Shown here: positions 45,712 to 59,634 of the stretch, one piece after another
Position numbering within the stretch: the first letter of the stretch is position 1
Layout: each line of letters starts with the position of its first letter
Source of the DNA: Lama guanicoe
Lineage: Eukaryota
Direction: 5' to 3'
DNA: 64,000 nt
Assembly: GCA_013239625.1 (NCBI GenBank)
Contig: MU054032.1
Span: forward strand, 124,001 to 188,000
Position numbers and translations under genes: made by a program
The notes under the pieces: model-generated
Told to the model about the DNA's origin: nothing
Databases searched by the model: none
The model's input: the letters and a program-made list of their open reading frames with translations, nothing else

Positions 45712-47109
45712 GAAGAGGTGTTTTTATAGAAAGTACATGAAGAGATTTGAGGCCGTGAGGCAAAGTACCTGGATACCTACACAGCAAGCTGGCCCTGACC
45801 ATCTTCAGAACTACCTCTCTTTGACCTCCTCAGAAAGTTACTTATGTCTAGATTATAAAACAATCCTTCTGTTTTGCTCTTTTATTATTCAGGGCTGAGA
45901 CATTTCAGATAAAACACTGAAGAGACTTTAGTCCCCTAAAGATTGGTGGGGTGATGTTTAAAGGATGGGCAGAGAATTATGCTGTAAGACAGCTTATAAG
46001 AATCTCTGGGGGTAACAATCTGGGGAAGGGCTTATAGTATGGGGATGGAGAAATAACTCCTTCATCTTCATCCAGAAAAAGAAAGATCAAACTCCCCTCT
46101 TCCTGTAGCAGGAATTTTAGGTTTCCTGCCTTGCTGAGTTACAGGAAACTAAGAGACACAAGAGTGTTTTTCCCTTTGTTCTCTTGTAAGAGATCATAAT
46201 GGTAGACGTGATACAAAGCCTAATTCCTAATCACTAGTCTTCCATCAGATCTCTAAGAGAAGGATCCAGGCAGATGAGCTACTTATTAATTAAAATCAAA
46301 ATAAGGCTCTCTGATCAAGTGTTCATTTTGCATGGTTTAACGAAATTCACAAATCCTGTATCCATTCATTTGCTATGAAAGTCATCCCCATCCTGGGCCC
46401 TTAACTTTATTACCGCGAGAGCAAGAGAAAACCCCATCCCACATCTAGTGTCTACTTAAGTTCCTAGCACAGACTATAGGCATGGCAATTTGCTGAAAGG
46501 AGTAAAACAAACTTAGGGGATTTGCTAATTGTGTATCATCTTAACAAACCCCTAAGAAAGTCTCACAGATAAACAATCCAGTGGCCTGACATCAAAATTC
46601 CATTTACAACCTGGATACGGATTATCCACAAGCAAGTTCCTAGAGCCAGTGGTCTCTAAGACATATAACATACTTGAACATTTTTGCCTAAAATACATTA
46701 TTTCCTGAGTTCTATCATAATATCTCCCAATAAGAGAAAGTCCACTCTTCCAGAAAGTACTCACTCATGAGACCCTTTGCATTATTTGAGTCATTCAGTA
46801 AATATCTGAATGCCAACTACATGCAAGTCCTGCTTGATGCAGCGCAGACTCACAGGTGAGTACGTATATAAGTGAAACATTTCATAACAAATTTAAACAC
46901 ATACCCACAAGGAGCCGTTCAGTAATTCACAAACCAGAGAGTACAAGCTAGGTAACCAGCAGAAAAAAACACGTGTGCTAATGGAGATCCAAGCAAAGTG
47001 GTGTAAGAGCAGGGAAGAAGAAACAATTCCTGAGGGAAAAGCTTCTCAAAGATGTCTGAGTTGCACCTTGAAGGATGAGTAGGATATTAAACTTTAAATG
47101 GGGAGCCAC

Positions 47110-47890
47110 AGGGAACTGCAAATCAAAATCATAATGAGATACTACTTCATATCCACTAGGGTGGTTGTAATAAAAAGACTATAGCTTTAATCAAAAGTAA
47201 CTTTGATTACATAAAAAATAACAAGTGTTGGTGAGCTGTGAAGGAGCTGGAACCCTTTCACCCTGCTGGTGGGAATGTAAAATGATGCAATTGCTTTGGA
47301 AGACAGTTTGGCAGTTCCTGAAACAGTTAAACACAGAGTTATCATGTGACCCAGCAATTCCACTCCTAAGTATGTACCCAAGAGAAGTGGAAACGTATGT
47401 CCACACAAAACCTGTACATGAGTTTCAGAGCAACATTATTTGTGTATAGCCCAAAGTGGAAACAATACAAACAACTACTGACTGATAAATGGATAAACAA
47501 AATGTGGTTTATCCATCCATAAACCTATTACTCAGCCACAAGAAAGAAGCACAGATACACACTACAACATGAACCCTGAAAACATGCTAACTGAAAGAAG
47601 CCAGTCAAAAGGACCACTGATTATATGATTCCATTTATATGTAACGTGTAGAACAGGCAAGCCTACAGAGACAGAAAGTAGATTACCTAAGGCTGGGAGA
47701 GGGAGGTAATAAAAGAGTTGGGAGATGACCGCTAAGTGGGTGGGATTTCTTCTGGAAGGTAATGAAATGTCCTAAAATTGATTATGGTAATGGATGCATA
47801 ACTCTGTGAATACATTAAAAAGTCACTGAATTGTGACTTTAAATGAATGAATTGTATGGTATGTGAATTGTATCTCAATAAAGCTGTTAT
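47110..47890 (+). mobile_element. Old LINE-1 (L1MB-like) 3' end
   Basis: tgcaaatcaaaatcataatgagata, gacccagcaattccactcctaagtatgtaccc; terminal tatctcaataaagctgtt. Confidence 0.85.
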
Positions 47891-48534
47891 AGAAATTTAA
47901 TAGGGAAAAAAAATTTGATAGGGATGGGTAGAGAGAAGAGGACATCCCAACCACTGAAAGCATCTTGAGATGTTAGGCTACCACAGGTTAGCATGACCCA
48001 GCACAAGATCAGCCCAGGTCGGCATCACCCTACTTCATCTCCAGGCAGAAAAGCCATGAGAAGCCATAAGGTTAATATATTGTATTGAAATTCAAGTGGA
48101 AATATGAATTAGACATTAAGCCATATCAGAGCAAGAAAGGGATATTCTCTGTAATCCCCCTTCCCCCAAAAAAGAAAAAAAAATAGTAACATTAAAAACA
48201 AAACAAAACAAAAAGAGACAGGTATCTCTGGAACATGTGGAGCCTGAGTCAGAGAATCCATACCGCAGATCTGCCCACCAAACCTGGTTTTAAAAGCTGA
48301 CTCTACTTTCTACTGCTTCCCCTTAGCTCAAGTAAACCTGACATCATCTCCGGGTTCTCACCTCCACCCCACTTCTCTTTGACTCTTACCACGATAACAG
48401 CTATTTGTTTTCCACGTCCCTTGAATACCAAGGAGTTACTTACATTCATACCATGTGGTACTCAAACTAGGCCTCAAGCATAAAACTGACAATATAAAAC
48501 CCCAAGTCTAAACAACCAACCAATCCTTAGCGAA

Positions 48535-49015
48535 GCCAAACATACTGCCCAGGAACCCATTTGCCCTTCCAGATCCACTTGCCACTCTTGTCCACCTTGC
48601 TCCGTGCCTTGGAAGCTGACCATATAGAGTATGAGCAGGCTCCCTTGCCCTCTGGCTTCCAGCTGGGTTTGGCTAACCAGATGCACACCAGCACGATATC
48701 AAAGAGAAGGAGGAGGAGGCCAGAGTTATTTCTTTTCCTAGCTCCTTCCCCTGCCAGGATACCGTGATCCAGCGGCATACCTCTTCTGAGGCCCATGGTT
48801 CTCTCCACACAGCTACTCTTAGATTCTGGTCATCTCTCTCTTTGCTCTTTTAGATCTCAGGTAATGTAGGCTCTGTAATTGCTGGCCATAGGGTACTCTG
48901 CTCGCTCTCACTGGTGCCCCCATGTCCTCTTGTAATTAATCCCTTTATTTCGTCTTTCTCAAATTACTCTGCTTGGATGTGCCACTTGTTTCCTTTTGGG
49001 ATCCTGAATGATGAA
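48535..49015 (+). mobile_element. Solo LTR, LTR33-like (ERVL)
   Basis: ggctcccttgccctctggcttccagctgggtttggctaa; terminal ggatgtgccacttgtttccttttgggatcctgaatgat. Confidence 0.7.
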
Positions 49016-51869
49016 CCAATCATTCTACCTTAAAGACTCAAGTGTACAAGAAGCTCTTAAGAAACTCTGCTTTCTTCAAGACTGGATAAAGAACCTCCTC
49101 ACTGTGCAAAAAGCCTCAAGGCACAGTTTGACGCAGAATTCTGTACCTTTTTGTCTAACCATTTAACAGTATCTTAAGTCCTATCACCTTTATGCTTTCA
49201 TTTCATCTTTCCCACAACTCTGTGAGGTAGAGCAGGGGATGTGTTATTTCCCTTCTAAAACTTAGAAACTGATGCTCAGTCTTATTCAACATTCCCTCTG
49301 TTATATCACTTCACTTTTCGTTAAACAGAATCAACTATCGGAAACCCTAAACACTGACAGTATTCAAACCATGCAAACAGCTGAGTAAACATGTAGAGCA
49401 GGCCTTTGCATGACCCTGCATCCTTTGCTTCTCTCCCTTCTGGAAGGAAAACACTTCTAAGTTCCCTGGCAATAGGTAATGTCTAGTCAAAGTAGAACAT
49501 TCAAGGACCAAAGGCATTTGAACTGAACCAAATAAGCTGGAGGAAAAATCTCCTACACAAGACTGGTAATTACATAGACTGACTAGAGCAAGAACCCTCA
49601 GCTAGAGTACATGGGCAATTCTAGCGGGGCACAATCCTTTTAGGCACAGTGTTTTTAGGCAGCACAAGCCTGTGCCTGCATCCCAGGGAATAACCAACTA
49701 TACCACAAGTTTGTGGGTACCTGACAGTGTGGCAATACCTCCTACATACCAGGAGATAACAGAGCGAAAAATGTCATAAATTCTCAGGAAAGAAAAAAGA
49801 TCTTTGAAGGTTAAGTAGCTTAAGTCTGAACATGACAGCTGCTTGGGGAAAACATGGGTGGGGTACAACTGAGCCCCATGCAGTGTGACTCTGCATTACC
49901 TAACCCTCCACTACTCAGCCTGGCTGGTGGATCATCTGCGTTCGGGAGGACACATGGCCCGAGGAGGAGATGCAAAGTGAAAAGGAACAGCAGCGTCAAT
50001 GGAGCTTGGTGGCGTGCAGAAAAGCATTCATGCCTCTTCCACAACACAGCTGCTTCAGACGGAGAAAGGACAAAGGAAAGGATAATGTCTGCCTGTAGTT
50101 TACTTTGCCCTACCTTGCCATTTACCCCATTTTCATCATTTGACACAATTTCATTTTGGTCAGAAATACAGAGATCACAAACACACAGGAAGTCGGGAAA
50201 TATCAACCCTTCTCTTCTTCACCCTGATACCATCCATTCAAAGAAAACGCACACTGGTAGATTAGGGATCTGGTTTTATTAAGGCCCTAAGTCTCAAAGT
50301 CACGAAAAAATTCTGCTCCTGTGGTCCTTACAGAAATATTTTTGATTCCCCAAACAATAAACAATGGCAATGCTACACACCTAAAGTAAGTGGCCTATCC
50401 CAAGGATGTGAAAGGTTATGTGTGCCTAGTCTATTTCCAGATCAAAATAAAATGTACATATGCAACCAACCAACAATACATCAGGTATATAGAGTTTAAT
50501 CCTTGTTCTAGCCTGCTTTTTACAAGTCACAAAGAACTCTGGCTATATAATTTTTCAAAGTCTGATATAATGTACATAGAAATATCTCTAACAAGAAACA
50601 GTTAACAGTGATGGCTACTGGAAATGGGAACTAGGTACACAGAAGATGTGGTGAAAACACACTTTTTCTTTGTTTCCTTTATACTTGTTTGAAACTTTCA
50701 TATTTTATCCCAAGTCCATACATCCATTACCTATTTAAAAACAAACACACAAAAGTCTCTTGAAGTCTGGCATACTATTTTTTTTAACTGGGATAGAATA
50801 TTAAAACCTTGAGTCCATACGGCCCGACTCCTGGACCCATGCTCTTCTAATTCCTAACATACCCTGAATCTCAAAAAAAAAAAAAAAAAAGTGATCTGAA
50901 CAGAACTAGTCCTTGGAAAAGTGTTAACCTAGTTTATCAAACTCATGAGCTTAAACTACAATTAGGAATGGGGCAGAGGTTGGAGGTAAGGGGCAGAGGT
51001 GAGGACTGCCTGCCACAGTGAGAACTGAATGCCAAAAGCCAATTATAAACAAAGGGATAAGGTCTCCAAAAAAGGAAGAGAAAACTCTATCCAGTTCCTG
51101 GGTAGTGATGTGGAAGATTATGTAAGAATTTCTGCAAAGTCCAGTACCCACAGACACTTAGAGACATACTATCTATGCAATAGCTACAGTATACTAAATC
51201 TACAAGGAATATAGAAAAAAGGGGAATCCTTAGTCTCCTAGGCTGATACATGGAAACAAAACAGCTATTTTTCTTTCTCCTTATTACAAAACATTTTTGA
51301 CAGAACTTATAGAGCAGAATCTCAGGTTCCTACTTATCTTTGGTATCCTTTTGAGGTGAAATTGAAAGAAAATTTAGAATGAGAATAAGAGACTTGTAAC
51401 TAAGAGTTATTCTTCACTTCTTTCCTTTTCTCTAGTCTCCCTCGTCTCTCTTACTCTTTTCCTGTCTTCCTCCATCTTCCCCTTTCTCCTCTATCTTGGC
51501 TGACCCTTACTCCTGACAGTTGCATTCAGTGGTACTCTTAAGTAATAACTAGCCTGGTTGTGGTATTAAAGTTGCTCATATCTTACCTATTAAAAAAAAA
51601 AAAGAGAGAGAGAGACAGTCCTGGTTCAGAGGATGGGAAGCAAATTTAGTAAGAATAATTTTAACTATGGAGAACATACAAAAACAAAGAGTATGATGAA
51701 CCCACAGTTATCACTTCGCTTATTATTCAGTACAGAATTGCTTCATCTATAGCCCCACCTATTTCCCTACCTCCCATATTATTTCAAAGCAAACACCAAA
51801 TATATCATTTAATTACAAAATATTTCCATATGTTACTCTGAAAAACCTCTTTTTAAAAAACATAAGCCT

Positions 51870-51960
51870 GGGGGTAGGAGGTATTGCTCAGTGGTAGAGC
51901 ACATGCTTAGCATGCAGAAGGTCCTGGGTTCAATTCCAGTACTTCCACTTAAAAAAAAAA
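51870..51960 (+). mobile_element. tRNA-Ala-derived SINE, short form (head plus poly-A)
   Basis: GGTATTGCTCAGTGGTAGAGCACATGCTTAGCATGCAGAAGGTCCTGGGTTCAATTCCAGTACTTCC followed by an A-run. Confidence 0.85.
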
Positions 51961-52242
51961 ACACACACAAAATCACTATATCACCTAAAAAGTTAGTAAT
52001 TCCTTAATTTTATAAAATTGGGTTAAAATTTCTAACTGTCTTATACATATCAGAATTGTTTTGTTTTGTTTTACCTCCAAGTTTTATTTGTTTGAAATAG
52101 TCTATATATTGTGACTATTGCTATGTCTGACACATCTTTTAATCAACAAGTTTCCTATTCATTTCTTTTTTATTTCTTGCAATTTATTTGTCGAGGAAAT
52201 TGGGTTAGTTGACTTGTACTAGCATAAAAATTAACCCATTCA

Positions 52243-52993
52243 CCTCACACCAGTCAGAATGGCCGTCATTCAAAAATCCAAAAATGACAAATGCTGGAGA
52301 GGCTGTGGAGAAAGGGGAACCCTCCTACACTGCTGGTGGGAATGCAGTTTGGTGCAGCCACTATGGAAAACAGTGTGGAGATTCCTCAAAAGACTAGGAA
52401 TAGACTTACCATATGACCCAGGAATCCCACTCCTGGGCTTGTATCCAGAAAGAAATCTACTTCAGGATGACACCTGCACTCCAATGTTCATAGCAGCACT
52501 ATTTACAATAGCCAAAACATGGAAACAGCCTAAATGTCCATCAATAGGTGACTGGATAAAGAAGATGTGGTATATTTATACAATGGAATACTACTCAGCC
52601 ATTAAAACCGACAACATAACGCCATTTGCAGCAACATGGATGCTCCTAGAGAATGTCATTCTAAGTGAAGTAAGCCAGAAAGAGAAAGAAAAATACCATA
52701 TGAGATCGCTCATATGTGGAATCTAAAGACTCATGGACAGAGAATACAGACTTGTGGTTACCAGGGGGGTAGAGGGTGGGAAGGGATAGACTGGGATTTC
52801 AAAATTGTAGAATAGATAAACAAGATTACACTGTATAGCACAGGGAAATATACACAAAATGTTATGATAAATCACAGAGAAAAAAATGTGACAATGAGTG
52901 TGTATATGTCCATGAATGACTGAAAAATTGTGCTGAACACTGGAATTTGACACAACATTGTAAAATGATTACAAATCAATAAAAAATGTTAAA
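52243..52993 (+). mobile_element. Young 5'-truncated LINE-1 (ORF2 C-terminus plus 3' UTR)
   Basis: Open 155-aa frame with [19 protein letters not shown] zinc knuckle and [13 protein letters not shown] motif; perfect 17-bp TSD AAAAATTAACCCATTCA at 52226-52242 and 52994-53010. Confidence 0.93.
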
Positions 52994-53339
52994 AAAAATT
53001 AACCCATTCAAAAGCCATTCATTAAGTGTCTACTAATTGGAGAATAGAAAAAAAGAATCTATATAATATACAGAATGTGGAGACACTATGAAGAAATGTA
53101 AAATGAGAGAAAAGGCTGACCTTCAAAAGGCATAAAATGTAATGCAAAAACAGAAAAATGACATAAAAACACAATGAAAAAATCAAAAACCTCATAGTAA
53201 CAATGTAAAAGTGCCCCTGGCTTGGCCTATCAAAACTATTGATAGTAATCTCAAGAAAAAAGCCAACTAACCTATTATTTTATTATTTTTCTCAGGCAAA
53301 GGGAAGGGAAAACATTTGCTGGCTATCTATCATATTCTA

Positions 53340-53540
53340 GGTCCTAGAGGATTCTGTTACCTAATATAATACTTACAAAGAGGATAATGAGATAGGTATC
53401 ATTTCCATTTTAGTTTTTATTGATGGGGAAATGGAGGTTCAGAGGAATTCATTCTTTCCCAAGTTTACATAATAAGTAGCAGAGTCTTCCTTTTGACTCA
53501 GGGTCATCTGGTTCTCAAGTCCACATCCTTCCAGCTTTCA
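53340..53540 (-). mobile_element. MIR SINE
   Basis: gatggggaaatggaggttcagagg...cccaagtttacataataagtagcagag. Confidence 0.6.
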
Positions 53541-54454
53541 CAAACTATAAGTAAGGTCAACAATTAGCCCCTCAATTATTATTTTTTAATCAATTTCTAA
53601 AATGTGTTCAAACCAACAGTCCAAAATGACACCAAAAGACAGGTAAAGAGCTTATCATTTTACCTCAATCATCAAAAAATCTACTAGATTCAACCAATGA
53701 TCTGATATGTGAAAATGGAATCAAACCAAAGAATCCGGTCATCACCTTCGCAGGGGGAAACAGCTGCATGGCTCCCTTCCTCTTTCGCTCTGGGGGGTTC
53801 TGCCGCCTGAAGGGGGCACACATTCCATTTTGCTACTTTATACACTGGTAAGGTTTCACAAGGGTCACCCCACATGGGAAGCCCATAGCTTTCTGTTTGG
53901 TTTGGTTTTGATCATTGCTTGTACCTAGGTGGGGAAATCTAATTCTGCGGCAGGAATAGGAAGTCCATTGGCCCACAGATATATGCTACCCTCTTGAACA
54001 TTAGTTTTTATTAAAGGTATTGTTTTTATTTCCCATCTGTCAAACAGTTTTCTTATTTCACAACTGGAGGGGAGGAAAAAGAATACTTCAAACTGAAACC
54101 CTCGAATGCTAACAGTCTTCAAGGGCGAGACAAGTATTATCTTTGGTAGCTAAAATGGAGGACAGGGTAAAATGTTAGCAGGCCTGGCCCTACCAGTTTG
54201 CAAATCCTGTAACTGTAAAATAACGATTTAATAATAATTCAATTTGGGACAACAAAGAAAATCATTTTCATTTGTAATATAAGATCTCTATTGTACAAAG
54301 GAGGAAAAATCAGATTCAGTTTTGATGTAAGTACTCAGTTATTCACTATTCAATTAGCAACTGAGTAGGCAATGAATCAATTTTTACTAAATTTTTTTCA
54401 AAAGTATATTTCTTGACCATAGAGCCCATTAACTATGAGAAAGTGGCTCAAAAA

Positions 54455-54615
54455 CCAGAGACTTAGGATTAATTCTAGTGTTGCTATGTACTAGCTGTCT
54501 GACTTTGGGTATGTTGCTTATTCTTACCTGCAAAATGGGGACAGTAACAGCACCTATGTAATGGAATTAATGAGGATGAAAATAAACACACATAAAGCTC
54601 CTATAGTGCCTGAAA
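54455..54615 (+). mobile_element. MIR SINE
   Basis: tactagctgtctgactttggg...cctgcaaaatggggacagtaacagcaccta. Confidence 0.6.
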
Positions 54616-54619
54616 TATA

Positions 54620-55085
54620 AAATGAGCTCACATCCATTCACCCAGTGAATACCAAACGCCCAAGTTAGAGTACCAGGTAATGATGTCAGGTACCAAGGAC
54701 AAAACGCTGAGCTAAGGATGGTCTAGAGACAAAGACTTGAGATGGTCTTGGTCCTAATGGAATTCAGCATTTAGTGGAGATAGAGCCATTAATCAAATAA
54801 TCACAATGTAACTGTACAATTACCCAGTGTCATAAATGGGCTAGAGGAAACAGAAAAGAGGCTGTGACCAGCTTTAATTACTATAGTCAGAAGGGTGACA
54901 TTTAAGTGAGACTTCAAGGATGAGAAGAAACTAGCCATTCAGAGAATGAAATAAAAGATCATGCCAGAAAGAGGGAAATGGGCAAAAGACATAAGGTGGG
55001 ACTTTCAACTGAATCTGAAAAAAAAACAAAAGGCCAGTGAAGCTGGAGTGTAATGAAGGATGGAGAGGTGGGCAGAACACTCACA
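54620..55085 (-). mobile_element. LINE-2 remnant
   Basis: ggtgacatttaagtgagacttcaaggatgagaagaa, aaggccagtgaagctggagtgtaatga. Confidence 0.6.
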
Positions 55086-55094
55086 CAGTCAGAG

Positions 55095-57350
55095 TATAGA
55101 AGGAACATACCTCAATATAATAAAAGCCATATATAACAAGCACACAGCTTATGTCATCAACAGTGAAAGGCTGAAAGCTTTTCCTCTAAGATCAAGAACG
55201 AGAAAAGGGTGCCCACTCTGACTACTCCTATTCAACACAGTACTAGAAGTCCTAGCCAGAGCAATTAGGCACGAAAAGGAAATACAGGCATCCGAATCAA
55301 AAAGGAAGATGTAAAATCGTCTGTTTACTGACAACATGATTTTGTATATAGAAAATTCTAAAGACTCCACTAAAACAGTGAGACCTAATAAACAAATTCT
55401 ATAAAGTTTCAGGATACAAAATCAAACATACAAAAATCAGCTGCTTTTCTACACATTAGCAATGGAATCAGTTTTACTTCTATACACTATCTGAAAGAAA
55501 AATAAAGAAAATAAATCCCTTTACAATAGCAACAAAAGCAATAGAATACTTAGGAATAAATTAAACAAGGAGGTGAAAGATCTGTACACTGAAAACCATA
55601 AAATACTACTGAAAGAAATTGAAGGAGACACAAGTAAATGGAAAACAATGTTGTTGTTGTTTTTACAGAAGTAAAATGGTTCTTCCTAAAATTCATTTGG
55701 AATCTCAAGGTACCCTGAATAGCCAAAACAATCCTGAAAAAGAACAAAGATGAAGTCACACTTCCTCATTTCAAAAATAATTACAAAGCTATAGTATCAA
55801 AACAGTATGATACTGGCAAAAAGACAGGTATATTGACCAATGGAACAGAATAGAGAGCCTAGAAATAAACCCTTGCATGTACGGTCAAATGATTTTCAAT
55901 GAAGGTGCCAAGACCATTCAACAGCGAAAGAATAGTCTTTCCTGCAAATGGTATTGGAAAAACTGGATATGCACCTGCAAAAGAATGAAACTGGACCCTT
56001 ACCTTACACAGTATACAATAATTAACTCCAAATGGATCAACAAAAGAGCTAAAACTATAAAACTCTTGGGAGAGAACATAAGGAAAAAGTATCATGAGAT
56101 TGGATTTGGCAATTTCTTAGATATGATACCAAAAGCATGGGCAATAAAAAACAGATAAATTGGACTATATCAAAATTTTAAACTCTGTACTTCAAAGGAC
56201 ACAATCAACAGAGTAAAAAGGCAGGTTACAGAATGTACGAAAATATTTGCCAATCATATATTTGATAAGGAGTTAATATCCAAAACATATAAAGAACTCC
56301 TCCAACTCAAAAAACAACAACAAAAATCCCATTAAAAAAAAAATGGGCAAAGGACTTGGATTTTTTGCCAAAGAAGATATACAAATGGCCAATAAGTACA
56401 TGAAAAGATGCTTAGAACCACTAATCATTAGACAAATGCAAACCAAAACCACCATGAGATACTGGCTCACAGCCATTAGGATGGCTGTAATCAAATACAC
56501 AGAAAATAAGTGTTGGCAAGGATGTGGAGAAATCAGAGCTTCTGCACTGTTGGTGATAATGTAAAATGGTATAGCCACTATGAAAAACAATATGGTAATT
56601 CCTCAAAAAATCAAAAATAGAATTACCATATGATCCAGCAATTCCATTTCTGGGAATATACCCAAAAGAACTGAAAGCAGAGTCTGAAGAGATATTTATG
56701 CACCCATGGTCATAGCAACGTTATTCACAACAGCCAAAAAATGGAAGCAACTTAAGTGTCTCTCACAGATGAATGGATAAACAAAATGTGGCATATACAT
56801 TCAATGTAGTATTATTCAGCCTTAAAAAGCAAGGAAATTCTGACAAATGGTACAACATGGATGAAACTTGAGGACATTATGCTAAGTGAAATAAGCCAAT
56901 TACAAAAAGACAAATACTGTATGATTACACTTACGTGAGGTACTTGGAGAATTCATAAAAACAGAAAGCAGAACAGTGGTTACCAGAAGTAGGGGGGAGG
57001 AGATAATGAGGAGGTGTTTAATGGGCATAAACTTTGAGTTTTTCAAGATGAAAAGAGTTCTGAACATTGGTGGCACAATAATGTAAAGGCACTTAACACT
57101 ATTAAACCTTATACTTAAAAATGGATAAGATGGGGGGAGAGTGTAGCTCAGTGGTAGAGCGTGTGCTTAGCAGGCAGAGGTCCTGGGTTCAATCCCCAGT
57201 ACTTCTGTTAAAAATGAATGAATAAATAAATAAATCTAATTACCTCCCCACTAACAACAACAACAACAACAACAAAAATGTAAAAAAAAAATGGATAAGA
57301 TGGTAAATTTTATGTTATGTATATTTTACAATTAAAAATAAAAAACAAAT
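55095..57350 (+). mobile_element. LINE-1 (L1MA/L1MB-like) ORF2 RT to 3' UTR, decayed, with an internal deletion near 55650
   Basis: gaaggaacatacctcaatataataaaagccatatat, ctattcaacacagtactagaagtcctagccagagcaattaggca, ggatacaaaatcaacatacaaaaatca; fragmented ORF2 frames (55877-56158, 56343-56564). Confidence 0.9.
57134..57286 (+). mobile_element. tRNA-Ala-derived SINE inserted into an L1 3' end
   Basis: tRNA-like head, (CAA)n/A tail, 17-bp TSD AAAAATGGATAAGATGG at 57117-57133 and 57287-57303. Confidence 0.9.
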
Positions 57351-57359
57351 ACTAAGAAA

Positions 57360-58300
57360 AAGAAAGTAGGATGTAAGGAAGTAGAAATTCTATAGGAACT
57401 ACTTTTTCAAGAAAGTGGATTATAAAAAGGATCAGAGAAATGGGTCAGTAACTGGCAGGAAGCACGGGATCAAGCAGGGTTTTCTTTGTTTAAGATGAGA
57501 GAAACTATAAGCTTGTTTATATGCATACAGGAATTTTAAAAATGGAATCATATCTTCCATTGGTAATTTTAGTTATAATTGCTCACCTTAATGATGATTT
57601 ACTATGTAGCAGGCATTAATTACTAATGGTCCAATAAAGTTAAGTACTAGTATTATGCTATTAGATATGGGGCTGTAAGAGAAAGAGAAGAGTCAAGGAT
57701 AAGTCAAGATTTTGGGTCTGAGCATCTGAAAAAGTGAAATTACCATTTACCGAGATGGAGAAGACAGTGAGAAGGATAGTTTTGGCAGGGCAGGAGCTGT
57801 TTTAAACATGTTAAATTTGAAATGTCTAATAAACATCTAAATGGAGATGTGATGTTAGATATATGAATCTGGAATGCAGGAGGGCAGTCCAGGCTGGAAA
57901 TATAATTTGAGATTTGCCATCATGTGGGTGATATTTAAAGCTATGAGACTGGATCAGATTATGAAGGGAGAAGTGTAGATAGAAAAGAAACTCATGGACT
58001 GAATCCTGGGGAACTCCAAGGTTTAGAGATCAGAAAAACTAGAAGGACCCTAAAGAAGAGAGGCCATAGATCCCAGAGGAACAGCAGGGCGCAGTAGTTT
58101 ATAAACCAAATGAAGGAAGTGTTTCAAGGAACTGTGTGATAAATTGTGTCAAGTGTTGACAATAGGTTAAGTAAGATGAGAGCTAAGAACTGAGCACTCA
58201 AGAACGTGAAAGTCATCGCAGACCTTCACAAGGGCAGTTTTGGCAGAGTGGTGGGAGTAAAAGCCTAATCAGATTGGGTTTAAGAGAGAGTGAGAGAGGT
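57360..58300 (-). mobile_element. LINE-2 remnant
   Basis: gagaaagagaagagtcaaggata...ccatttaccgagatggagaagac...aaacatgttaaatttgaaatgtct. Confidence 0.65.
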
Positions 58301-58309
58301 ATGGCATTA

Positions 58310-59170
58310 TCAACAGGTAGAAAGTATGTGAATCTACAGTAAATTTTACATTGTTGATGAGAACAAATTTGGTATACTTGGAGAGCATTACCTCTTAAAG
58401 GTGAACATTCACATACCTTGTATTCAGCAATCCCACTTCTAGGTATAAACTCAAGAGAAATTCTCACACAAACATACCACATATACGATTATGTTCAGAG
58501 CAGCAATGTTAGGAATAGCAAAAACAAACCAACCTGGAAATAATTCAAAAGCTCATTGGCAGGAGAATGAATAAACTATGGTATATTCATAATATGAAAT
58601 ATAGCATAGAAAGATGAACAAACCATGGCTATATACAACATGAATTAAACATGAAAATGTAATACTGAATGGAAAAAGCAATCAGAAGACTGCACTGCAA
58701 TAAAGTAATACGGTAGTGGTTGAGAACACAGACTAGGAGTGAAACTATCTGGGTTCAAATCCCAGCCAGTCCATTAACTAGCAATGCAATTATGAAACTC
58801 TCTATACTTCACTTTTTCTCATCTGTGAAAAAGGGAGAGTAACAATGAAATTGTAAGGATTAAATGCCATTATATAGTTTTACATATATATGTGCACACA
58901 CACATACATGTATATATAAAGCACTGAGAACAATGTAAATAAGAAAATTAAACATGATTTTAAACTATGTTTTAAAAAAGCAACAGAATGATAAATATAA
59001 AATTTAGAATTTTTACCCCTAGAAGGGAGGTAGGGGATGGGATGGGGAGAAACTCCTAAGTATATGCCATTTATATGCAATGATTCTAGCTCTTAAGTTG
59101 AAAGATGGGTTTACAGGTGTTCTTATTATTATTATGCTTTATAGTTACGTGTAATCTTTCATATTATCAA
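58310..59170 (+). mobile_element. Ancient LINE-1 3' region interrupted by a MIR (about 58710-58930)
   Basis: attcagcaatcccacttctaggtataaactcaagagaaattctc; MIR core ctgggttcaaatcccagc...ctcatctgtgaaaa. Confidence 0.65.
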
Positions 59171-59345
59171 ATCATATATTAAAGAAAACAAAAGAAAAAG
59201 CAATAGAAGGAAATAAATTGGAGACAGCTAGTATATAAGACTGTTGAATAAATAACTGTTTCAAGCTATTTTATATAAAGGGAATAAGAGAAATGGCGCA
59301 GCAGCTGGAGGAAGAAATGGCATCAAGAAAAAGTTTTTTTTTTTT

Positions 59346-59634
59346 AAAACATAAATACAAAACAGAAACAGACTCATAGACATAGAATACAAACTTGTGG
59401 TTGCCAGGGGGACAGGGGGTGGGAAGGGACTGGGATTTCAAAATGTAGAATAGATAAACAAGATTGTACTGTGTAGCACAGGGAAATATATACAGAATCT
59501 TGTGGTGGCTCACAGCGAAGGAGAATGTGACAATGAATGTATGTACGTTCATGTATAACTGAAAAATTGTGCTCTACACTGGAATTTGACACAACATTGT
59601 AAAATAACTATAACTCAATTAAAAATGTTTATAT
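59346..59634 (+). mobile_element. Short LINE-1 3' UTR fragment of the same young family as 52243-52993
   Basis: Shares gggatttcaaaa-tgtagaatagataaacaagatt and actggaatttgacacaacattgtaaaat with 52790-52970; flanked by AAAAAG(T)n repeats. Confidence 0.85.

Noticed and set aside
49820..50282. Overlapping 128-aa and 142-aa ORFs on opposite strands
   Set aside because: No domain similarity or splice context that I can see; lengths are compatible with chance.
52259..52726. 155-aa ORF as a host gene
   Set aside because: It is the C-terminus of L1 ORF2 in a 5'-truncated copy with no promoter or RT domain.
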